A DNA stretch of 64,000 nt from Turneriellaceae bacterium. GTDB lineage: Bacteria > Spirochaetota > Leptospiria > Turneriellales > JAOUFE01. Under the pieces are notes generated by a model that saw nothing but the letters and a program-made list of their open reading frames with translations, made no database searches and had not been told where the DNA came from. Position numbers and translations under genes: made by a program. This document shows positions 7,826-15,477 of the stretch, piece by piece; the first letter of the stretch is position 1, and each line of letters opens with the position of its first letter. The stretch is from positions 376 to 64,375 of the forward strand of contig JBNLDQ010000026.1 of the NCBI GenBank assembly GCA_050304475.1. The letters are read 5' to 3'.

Positions 7826-8647
7826 ATGGTTTACAAAAAATCCAATGACCAGTATTTGTGCAAAATGTCGTTGACTTCCGAACAAAAAGACCATTTGATC
7901 AAGCTAAAAAAGCTGGAACGGCAATTTGAAGGGATCATCAAAACCACGCAAAATGCCGAACAATTGCATCGATCGAAAGTGGAACTGAAAAAGGTCAAAG
8001 ACCTGATTGACGAAATTGACCCGAACGGCGCGTATGATGATATTTACGAATCGACCATTAAACCCTCCGCAACCAGCTCTGCCAATCTAAATAAATATAC
8101 CGTTTTATCGAAATTTCCCCTGCAAAAAGCGTCGCCGCATTCAACCAATGCCGATGTCAATATGATGCACACAATTTTAGACGCATGGGAAACCGTATTC
8201 ATGTCGGCCCTTTTTGACAAACATGTCAAGCTTGACTACTCGCTGACCAGCGAGCGTGATACGCATTATTCTCATCTGGCCAATCTTAAACAATATTTCA
8301 GGGCTCTTGTCGACACCACTGAAGATCATCACAACGCCACGCGCGAAGATTCCCGGTTGCAGCTGGCCGAAATGAAACGAAGGTATTCGCGGCAATATCT
8401 CCACGAAGGGGCCAATTACCTGCGAAAACTCAAGAAATTCTGGGAAGATATCGACCGAGATGTACAAAACCAGGGCACAAAGTGCACGAACTGGCATGAA
8501 CAAATGTCAGTTGACGACCGTTTTGAAGAAGACTCTTTTTTAATGAAACTTTCGGTCGCAAATGTGATCCATCAATCCGCTGTTTTTCTAAGCGAATCTT
8601 TGGACGCTCTGCGTTTGCCGGCGATTCCCGATCAAAGCGACAGGTAA
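7826..8647 (+). CDS. Hypothetical protein (coiled-coil-like N-terminus)
   Basis: A long ORF with no recognisable motif. An alternative start is at 7865 (MSLTSEQ). Confidence 0.5.
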   Translation: MVYKKSNDQYLCKMSLTSEQKDHLIKLKKLERQFEGIIKTTQNAEQLHRSKVELKKVKDLIDEIDPNGAYDDIYESTIKPSATSSANLNKYTVLSKFPLQKASPHSTNADVNMMHTILDAWETVFMSALFDKHVKLDYSLTSERDTHYSHLANLKQYFRALVDTTEDHHNATREDSRLQLAEMKRRYSRQYLHEGANYLRKLKKFWEDIDRDVQNQGTKCTNWHEQMSVDDRFEEDSFLMKLSVANVIHQSAVFLSESLDALRLPAIPDQSDR

Positions 8648-9357
8648 GCGCTCATCTTTGCCGCAAGCTCTTCGCCCAGACGAATTCCTTTTGGCTGCAG
8701 ATAAAATACATCGTCAAGGTAACCTTCCGGCTGCAGCAACGTTCCTAAAACGCTCCATAACTCATGCGTCTCATAGCAATCCAGTACCAGCGGCGCCTCA
8801 AAACTGGTAACCGGTATTTCCGCTTTCTCCAGTATTTTCCAGATTGCCTCTGACAGGGGCTCGCGAACGGCCGGGTTGTTGCGGCAAATTGCCTCGACAA
8901 CGGCTTTTAAATTATGATTGCTCACCCACCTGGCGTATGCCCACCGGTGAGCGGGGGTTTTTTTATCCGAATACGATTGCTTTGCGAGACAATCATAGGC
9001 AGCGCAAATGCTTTCGCCGTAAAAAGAAAAATTCTGCGGCCGGTTTAAGGCGGCGACTTGTTTATGCGGCGACCCCGCCGGGTGAAGCAGGCAACCGGGT
9101 TGCTTTTTTCCGTTTTTACCGTTGGCAAACCCAAGGAAAGGGCAAACATAAACATTTTCGTGAATTTTATATTGGTTCAATTGCGTTTCTTTTTTTTGCC
9201 GAAACTCAAAAAGCGCGTGTTGTCCGCTTAGATCAAGCCCGATAAACAGATCGGTATTCTTTTGCAGCCACTTGATGCGTTCATTCTCGTCTAACGCCAG
9301 GTTAAAAAGACCGCAACAAGCGGAGCAAGAGTTGCGCCCGTTAAAGCAAGGGTTCAT
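8632..9357 (-). CDS. Cys-rich YkgJ-like (CxxCxxCC-type) putative Fe-S/Zn protein
   Basis: Trimmed to MNPCFNGRNSCSACCGLFN, with further Cys at VCPFLG, PGCLLHP and CAAYDC. It is in an operon with the upstream MBL gene (17-nt overlap). Confidence 0.5.
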   Translation of the reverse strand: MNPCFNGRNSCSACCGLFNLALDENERIKWLQKNTDLFIGLDLSGQHALFEFRQKKETQLNQYKIHENVYVCPFLGFANGKNGKKQPGCLLHPAGSPHKQVAALNRPQNFSFYGESICAAYDCLAKQSYSDKKTPAHRWAYARWVSNHNLKAVVEAICRNNPAVREPLSEAIWKILEKAEIPVTSFEAPLVLDCYETHELWSVLGTLLQPEGYLDDVFYLQPKGIRLGEELAAKMSAYLSL

Positions 9358-10333
9358 AGCGTGATTTTCGGCCGCGCGGGGCCAAAATAGCGCGAATTCC
9401 TTCGCGGCCCAGATAAATATTCGGTTTCGACTGGCCCATGGCGTCGCGGTGTTCAATCGCTTTGGCCAGGTTGTCATATATCTTTTCGTCGTGATACGCG
9501 GGTTCGTGGTGAATCAACATCACGTTTTTTACGTTCCAGCGAAGCGCAAGATTGACAATCATCGTGCAACTGGTATGCCCCCAATCGAATTTTTGAAACG
9601 ACTCATCTAACGTATACTGGGCGTCAATGGCCAGCAGGTCGGCGCTGTGATAAAAGGTCGAATCATCTTCCGGGTTTTCGAGGTATTCGCCGGTATATTC
9701 CACGTCTGTGGCAAAGACAAACGTGCGGCCTTCTTCGGTAAATTTATAAGCGGTAGAACCGCCGGGGTGTTTTTGCAAAAATGATGTCACCTGCATGCCG
9801 TCCGGGAAAAGAAGCGGATCTTGCGGGTCAATGAGATGAAACTCTTTCTCGGCGGCAAGATCGTCAAAAGGCTTCGGAAAAAACCTCTCTGTCTGCTGGT
9901 AACGCAACCGGTCATGCAAGTCATCCAGTACGGAATAAAATCGAATTACATTGCCGGGTATGTAGATCGGCTTAAAAAAGGGAAGCCCGCAAATATGGTC
10001 CCAGTGGGTATGCGTGATAAAAAGATTGATCACAGCCTTCCCCTGGCCGGCCGGTCCGTCCATGAGTTTGTCGCCTAAAACGCGAATGCCGGAACCAGCA
10101 TCAAGGATATACAGATTTTCTTCTTCGCTTTTCACCGAAACGCAGGTTGTGTTCCCGCCCGCCAAATACCTCAAAGACGGCGGTAGGTTATTGATAAACC
10201 GTTTGATCTCTACGTCAGAGTTAAGACCTTTTTCAGGGACGCGCTTTAATATGCGTTTTAGCTTGTGACGATACTCTACGGTGCGCGTTGGCGCAGCAAG
10301 AGAACCGCGTGTACCCCAAAACTCGACGATCAT
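9341..10333 (-). CDS. MBL-fold metallo-hydrolase
   Basis: It has the HxHxDH motif (ITHTHWDH) and downstream ATDVEY / DWGHTS metal-ligand regions. Confidence 0.8.
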   Translation of the reverse strand: MIVEFWGTRGSLAAPTRTVEYRHKLKRILKRVPEKGLNSDVEIKRFINNLPPSLRYLAGGNTTCVSVKSEEENLYILDAGSGIRVLGDKLMDGPAGQGKAVINLFITHTHWDHICGLPFFKPIYIPGNVIRFYSVLDDLHDRLRYQQTERFFPKPFDDLAAEKEFHLIDPQDPLLFPDGMQVTSFLQKHPGGSTAYKFTEEGRTFVFATDVEYTGEYLENPEDDSTFYHSADLLAIDAQYTLDESFQKFDWGHTSCTMIVNLALRWNVKNVMLIHHEPAYHDEKIYDNLAKAIEHRDAMGQSKPNIYLGREGIRAILAPRGRKSRYEPLL

Positions 10334-10441
10334 TTGTCATTCTGACACACCTACAGAAATAGTAAACAAACAAAATATCCATTGATTTACAACGGCTCTT
10401 TTTGCTTGTCAATGCGCTCCGTTTCCAGAAAATGAAATGGT

Positions 10442-10894
10442 ATGCAAGATGTTGTGACTGTGAAATTTCATCGACTGGAAACCGGCGTAGGCCTGCCGGA
10501 ACGCAAAAGCGGGGGCGCAGGCGCCTACGATATCAAGGCATTTTTAACGGAACCGCTCCAACTGAAGCCCGGCGAACGCGCGGCGATTCCTACCGGGTTA
10601 AAAGTAGAAATTCCGGACGGGTTTATCCTTAGCGTGAGACCCCGGTCCGGCCTGGCAATCAATCATGGCGTTACCTGTATCAATTCCCCCGGTACAATCG
10701 ACTCTGACTACCGGGGCGAGATTAAAATATTAACGGTAAATTTAGGCTCCGAACCCTTCACGGTGCAAAAAGACGAAAGGATTGCGCAACTGGTTCTCGA
10801 AAGAGCCTTTCAAATCAACTGGCAAGAAGCCCAAGATGATCTTGCCGAATCCGAAAGAGGAGAAAACGGCTTTGGGTCAACCGGTCGAATCTGA
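10442..10894 (+). CDS. dut: dUTP diphosphatase
   Basis: The motifs AGAYD, RPRSGLA, IDSDYRGE and RGENGFGSTG are present. Confidence 0.9.
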   Translation: MQDVVTVKFHRLETGVGLPERKSGGAGAYDIKAFLTEPLQLKPGERAAIPTGLKVEIPDGFILSVRPRSGLAINHGVTCINSPGTIDSDYRGEIKILTVNLGSEPFTVQKDERIAQLVLERAFQINWQEAQDDLAESERGENGFGSTGRI

Positions 10895-12539
10895 AAAAAC
10901 GCCGGAAGAAGTCAGGCAAGAGCTAAAAGACGACAAGCTCTACGCTCTTTTTGGCGGCGGTGTCGGTTCTTTTGGCCGTAACTTTTCCATTTTTACCTAC
11001 CGCGGTCAAACTGTCTGGATCGACATTGGTTGCGGTTTCCCCAATCAAAATTACCCCGGCTTATCGAGAACGATTCCTTCGTTTGAAGTCATGAAAAACT
11101 TTCCGCCGAATGTCGTCATCTTGACGCATGCGCATGAAGACCATATTGGCGCGGTGCCCTATGCGGTGGAATTCATACCCCCGGAAACCCCGGTCTTTGC
11201 CAGCCCTTTTACCATTGCCCTTGTCAAAAAAAAATTACGAGAAACGGGCATCCGGGAAAATTCGCTAAACCTGATCCCCGTTGAACAAAACGGAGTTTTT
11301 CATCACGATACCTTTGAATTGGGCGCCTATTTTGTACCGCATTCTATCCCCCAGACCTTTGCCGTCGGAATGAATATTTATGCAAGTGAAAACAAACTGC
11401 ACAAGAAAATATTTTTTACCAGCGATTATAAGCTGCACGGAGAAGAGAAAAACTTTGCATCGGAAGATATTCAAAAATTCGGCCCGGCCGACTATCTTTT
11501 TACCGACTCGACCGGCGCCTTAATGGCGGGTACTTCCATCGACGAAACCGAAGTCAGGCAAAACCTGGAAAAGGTAATTTCATCCTGGGAAGGCCGCATT
11601 ATCGTTACTACTTTCTCCTCGCAAATTGCCCGGATCAAAAGTATCTATGAGATTGCGCAAAAGTTGAACCGCCCGATCGGGATTCGCGGGCACAGCATCA
11701 GGGTACACTTGCAAGCCGCCCACGAAACGGGAGAGTTCCCCGTCCCCGCCTGGAAAATAGCGTCGCCCGACCCGGAACACCCCAAAGCCATCTGGCTGGT
11801 CGCCGGCTGCCAGGCGGAAGAAGGCTCTTCTTTTCAACGTTTCTCCAGCTCCGGCCTGGGAAAGATGAGCCCCCATAAGGGCGATCTGGTGATCTACTCA
11901 GGAAGCGTGATCCCGGGAAACACCGAACAAGTTCTCGGGGCGCTCAACCATTTGGCGTTACAGGGAATCGCAATTTACGGAATGGAAAGCGGCCAACTGC
12001 CGGTCCATACAAGCGGTCACGCCCGGCAAGATGAGCTTGCCCGGATGGTCGAATGGGTACGGCCTTCCGTTGTGGCTCCGGTTCACGGCGACCCGATGCA
12101 TTTTCAGGCGTTTACTTCATTCCTGGGCAAATTCCCTGATTTAACATTTTCCATGATTTCGGATCGATTTGTTTATGAACTGGCAAAACAACCCAAACCC
12201 GTTTTACCAATCGACACCGATCCTGTTTTTATAGACGCAAATGAAATCCACCATGAAAAAAAGTTGTATTGTCACAGGCGCAATCTTGCCACATCGGGCA
12301 TATGCAATATCATCGTCGCGGAAGGCGACGGCCGGGTGGAGTTGTTGCAATATGTCGGCACTTGCAGCGACGATTTTTTAGCCGAAAAAATGCCGTTATT
12401 AGAAACCGACATTCAGAAAATTTTTAACCGTGTGTATGAAAAGGGCAAAGCCAAAGAGAATAAAGTAAAACAAAAAATCTCAAAAGTAAATCTCAAACAC
12501 CTGGAAAAAGCGCCGTTTGTAAATTTAATTTATATTTAA
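10836..12539 (+). CDS. rnj: RNase J-like metallo-beta-lactamase/beta-CASP ribonuclease
   Basis: FGGGVGSFGRNFSIF...VWIDIGCGFP...LTHAHEDHIGAVPY matches the RNase J N-terminal pattern. The track ORF begins at 10782 inside dut. The start was placed at MILPNPK and is uncertain. Confidence 0.75.
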   Translation: MILPNPKEEKTALGQPVESEKTPEEVRQELKDDKLYALFGGGVGSFGRNFSIFTYRGQTVWIDIGCGFPNQNYPGLSRTIPSFEVMKNFPPNVVILTHAHEDHIGAVPYAVEFIPPETPVFASPFTIALVKKKLRETGIRENSLNLIPVEQNGVFHHDTFELGAYFVPHSIPQTFAVGMNIYASENKLHKKIFFTSDYKLHGEEKNFASEDIQKFGPADYLFTDSTGALMAGTSIDETEVRQNLEKVISSWEGRIIVTTFSSQIARIKSIYEIAQKLNRPIGIRGHSIRVHLQAAHETGEFPVPAWKIASPDPEHPKAIWLVAGCQAEEGSSFQRFSSSGLGKMSPHKGDLVIYSGSVIPGNTEQVLGALNHLALQGIAIYGMESGQLPVHTSGHARQDELARMVEWVRPSVVAPVHGDPMHFQAFTSFLGKFPDLTFSMISDRFVYELAKQPKPVLPIDTDPVFIDANEIHHEKKLYCHRRNLATSGICNIIVAEGDGRVELLQYVGTCSDDFLAEKMPLLETDIQKIFNRVYEKGKAKENKVKQKISKVNLKHLEKAPFVNLIYI

Positions 12540-12573
12540 CCGAAAATCAAAAGCGTACAAGCAAAATAACAAC

Positions 12574-13185
12574 ATGAGACGAAAAGAATTTTTAATCACG
12601 GAAGAAAAAGCGTTAGCGGAAATACTAAATCAAACCGAATGGGGCACTCTCGCCTTAACGGAAAAAAACGGAACCCCGTATCAGGTTCCGGTAAATCATG
12701 TCTGGTTTAATTCTTCTTTGTACTTTCATTCCGCCATAAACGGAAAAAAAATCAAGCTGCTTAAAAACAACGAAAAAGCGCATTTTAACGCCGTTCTGCC
12801 GCTTTCGATCATTCCGTCGTATTATACCGACCCGGAGATGGCGTGCAACGGCACACAGTTTTTTCTTTCGGTTTCGATGGCGGGCAACGCCCGGTTTGAA
12901 ACGGACCCCGTTCAAAAAGGCAAGGTGTTAAGCGCGTTAATGCAAAAACTCCAGGCAGAGGGGGGTTACGGCGCCATCGACCCCGAAAATGAAAGATACC
13001 GGAAAGAGCTGAAAGCGACAGCCCTCGTTGAAATCAAACCGCAAGAGATGGCGGGGAAATTTAAACTGGGCCAAAACCTGACCATGGAAACAAAAAAGCA
13101 TATTGTCAACGAACTGCACAAACGAGGCAAAGAGATTGACCTGTTGACCATCCAATGGATTAATAAATACATGGGTGAAATTTAA
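12574..13185 (+). CDS. Pyridoxamine 5'-phosphate oxidase-family FMN-binding protein
   Basis: Its size and the N-terminal pattern (EWGTLALTEKNGTPYQVPVNHVWFNSSLYFHSAINGKK) are typical of the split-barrel flavoprotein family. Confidence 0.6.
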   Translation: MRRKEFLITEEKALAEILNQTEWGTLALTEKNGTPYQVPVNHVWFNSSLYFHSAINGKKIKLLKNNEKAHFNAVLPLSIIPSYYTDPEMACNGTQFFLSVSMAGNARFETDPVQKGKVLSALMQKLQAEGGYGAIDPENERYRKELKATALVEIKPQEMAGKFKLGQNLTMETKKHIVNELHKRGKEIDLLTIQWINKYMGEI

Positions 13186-14378
13186 TTTTGTCGGTCTGCC
13201 CCGCAGATGTTTCCGATTACCCGCCCTAAAATTGAAATTCCTTTTTCAATGGTTTCGGAATCGACGCAAGAATAATTCAATCGAAACGCATTTACATTCT
13301 CCCGGCCAATGTAAAACGGATCGCCGGGAACAAATGCGACATCGGACTTGATGGCTTCCTGAAACAATTCCATAGCCGGCAAACCGTCAGGCAATGTCAC
13401 CCAGAGAAACATCCCGCCATCGGGTTGCGTATAACGGACCGATTTCGGAAAATATTTCCGGATAGCGGACACCATGGCGTCGCGCTGTTCCCCATAGGTC
13501 TTTACAATTTTGGCAATGTGATCATCAATATCGTTATTCGCCAAATAGTGCGACAATATTCTTTGCGAAAAAAAGTTTGAATGCAGGTCAGAAGCTTGTT
13601 TTGCAATCAAAAGTTTTTCAAGCAGAGCGTCTTTTGCCACTATCCACCCCAGCCGAAAAGAAGGTACAACGGTTTTAGAGAAAGAGCCCAGCAAAACGGT
13701 ATTTCCGGGTATCCGCGCATAAAACGAATCAATGGAATTGCCCTGAAAACGCAAATCTCCGTACGGGTTATCTTCAATGAGAATCGTTTTGGTTCCTTTG
13801 ATAATTTCAGCCACCTGATCGCGCACGTTTTTACTATACGTTATGCCCGAGGGATTCTGAAAGTTAGGAACAGTATAGCACAACTTAATGGGGCGCTCTT
13901 TGAAAATGCGATCCAAAACCTGGGTGTTCATGCCATCCTGATTGAGAGGGACCGGATAAAAAACGGGACGATATAAAGAAAACGATTGAATGGCGCCAAG
14001 GTACCCCGGTTCCTCAATAACAACATGATCCTGCTCATTGATCATTGTTTTGCCGAGCATATCAAGACCCTGCTGCGAGCCGGTTGTAATGATGATATTT
14101 TCCGGAGAGACTTCCAACCCTTGTTTTACGCGGTAACGGTTTGCAATCCACCGGCGTAACTCAAGATCGCCTTCCGAAGAGCTATACTGCAACGCATCTT
14201 CAATATCGGTTTGAAATACGTTCGCGCACGCCTGCTGTAACTCTTTCACCGGAAACAATTTTCTATTGGGGAGACCGCCCGCAAAGGAGATGATATTTTT
14301 ATCCGCCGTGACTTTTAAGATTTCGCGTAAAAACGAACGGGGAACGTCCGAAATTCTGTCGGAAAAAATACTGCCCAT
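13182..14378 (-). CDS. Class I/II PLP-dependent aminotransferase
   Basis: It has the PLP-lysine motif SFSKTVVPSFRLGW and the motif NPSGITYS, and is about 400 aa long. Confidence 0.85.
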   Translation of the reverse strand: MGSIFSDRISDVPRSFLREILKVTADKNIISFAGGLPNRKLFPVKELQQACANVFQTDIEDALQYSSSEGDLELRRWIANRYRVKQGLEVSPENIIITTGSQQGLDMLGKTMINEQDHVVIEEPGYLGAIQSFSLYRPVFYPVPLNQDGMNTQVLDRIFKERPIKLCYTVPNFQNPSGITYSKNVRDQVAEIIKGTKTILIEDNPYGDLRFQGNSIDSFYARIPGNTVLLGSFSKTVVPSFRLGWIVAKDALLEKLLIAKQASDLHSNFFSQRILSHYLANNDIDDHIAKIVKTYGEQRDAMVSAIRKYFPKSVRYTQPDGGMFLWVTLPDGLPAMELFQEAIKSDVAFVPGDPFYIGRENVNAFRLNYSCVDSETIEKGISILGRVIGNICGADRQN

Positions 14379-14421
14379 TGAATAAAAAATGAAAATTGAC
14401 TCATCGTGTCATCGTCTATTT

Positions 14422-14988
14422 TTAATTATGAAATTCGCCTTCTTCTTCGGGTTTCAAACATCGCTCTTTGGCGCTCTCGGCGTCTTCATTGTATCGGGAA
14501 AATTCGGTAACCGCCTTTTCCGGAGAGAAGGTCTCTTCTTTTTTTTCCGTATCCAAACGTCGGATCATTTTGCCGTCTTGAAAGTAAGTTCGCGCGGTTG
14601 TCATTTCAATTTCATTTTCATCAAAATCTTCTTCCATGATATGCTGGCGGTACTTATAAGATTCCTCATAGACAAAAATCAGGCGGTTTTGCTCAAAATA
14701 ATAATAAGAAAGATAACGGCCGATTTCTCCATAAACTCCGATCTCAATTTTACGAAATTCTTCTTTGTTTAAATAACACGTTACGCTGCCGCCTTCCGTC
14801 GATTCCCATAACGGTCCCCTGGCAATTTCCCGGTAATGGCTTATGTTGCTTTCCGTTTCGTTATATATTTTCCGGATATGCAAAATCTCCGGGGGATCCC
14901 CGGCCCAGATCCATGCGGTTGCCAAGGAAAAAATAGCCGCTAAAGTAATACGTTTTGCATTTATCATACCGGATCCTTTTATTATCAA
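14422..14988 (-). CDS. Hypothetical secreted protein
   Basis: It has the N-terminal signal-like segment MINAKRITLAAIFSLATAWIWAG. No recognisable domain. Confidence 0.5.
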   Translation of the reverse strand: MIIKGSGMINAKRITLAAIFSLATAWIWAGDPPEILHIRKIYNETESNISHYREIARGPLWESTEGGSVTCYLNKEEFRKIEIGVYGEIGRYLSYYYFEQNRLIFVYEESYKYRQHIMEEDFDENEIEMTTARTYFQDGKMIRRLDTEKKEETFSPEKAVTEFSRYNEDAESAKERCLKPEEEGEFHN

Positions 14989-15189
14989 TTCGCTATATGG
15001 CAGTCATTTCTCCACAAAAACCAAATGCCCGCTGAATTTTCGATAAAAACAGTACTTTGATAAATTCACGAATGCGATTTCATTTATAAATTTTCAAGTA
15101 TTTTTTGGCTTTCTGTAAATCCGGTGCCGGAAAGGTTGCCATCGTTTTCATTCATTGAATCGGCAGGGGAAGCGGCTCTGGCGCGTACC

Positions 15190-15321
15190 TGACGTACATG
15201 GATGTACTAATGCCGTCGAAGCCACAGATGGCGAGAGACGGCCTCGCTCCGGCTATTTGCATTTTTCTCCCTAACCACCCCCGCCCTGTTGGGTGGGGCC
15301 GGAAGGGCTCAAATTTTTCGG
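15190..15321 (-). repeat. Full-length copy of the GC-hairpin intergenic element (HP1 + GCAAATAGCCGGAGC linker + HP2)
   Basis: The reverse complement reads CCGAAAAATTTGAGCCCTTCCGGCCCCACCCAACAGGGCGGGGGTGGTTAGGGAGAAAAATGCAAATAGCCGGAGCGAGGCCGTCTCTCGC. It is collinear with the copies at 27790..27886 and 34733..34841. Confidence 0.8.
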
Positions 15322-15433
15322 TATTTGCTGTCATAATCGCCATTTTTAGCGTATTTTTGCCGTATTTGAATTTTTTTGAAAACCAGCGGCAATACAGTGA
15401 AATAAAACCCCGCAAATATGGCAGAAATGAAAA

Positions 15434-15463
15434 GAACCCTCAAAGCATACACTTTGAGGGTTC
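15434..15463 (-). terminator. Intrinsic terminator after the PA-like/RCC1 gene
   Basis: A perfect 12-bp stem, GAACCCTCAAAG / CTTTGAGGGTTC. On the minus strand it is followed by TTTTCATTTC, and a T-run is also present on the plus side. Confidence 0.7.
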
Positions 15464-15477
15464 AAATTTTTTGTTTT

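Noticed and set aside
10402-10835. The ORF at 10402..10632, and the upstream part of the RNase J-like ORF (10782-10835) that overlaps dut.
   Set aside because: Both are out-of-frame overlaps with the well-supported dut gene. The RNase J-like start was moved to the first ATG, and even that still overlaps dut, so it remains uncertain.
15190-15240. A tmRNA-like 5' motif (TGGCTTCGACGG on the minus strand), also present at 34518-34530.
   Set aside because: There is no tag-peptide reading frame ending in an Ala-Ala stop and no tRNA-like 3' end with a T-arm and CCA. The motif occurs twice as part of a repeat module, so it is unlikely to be ssrA.
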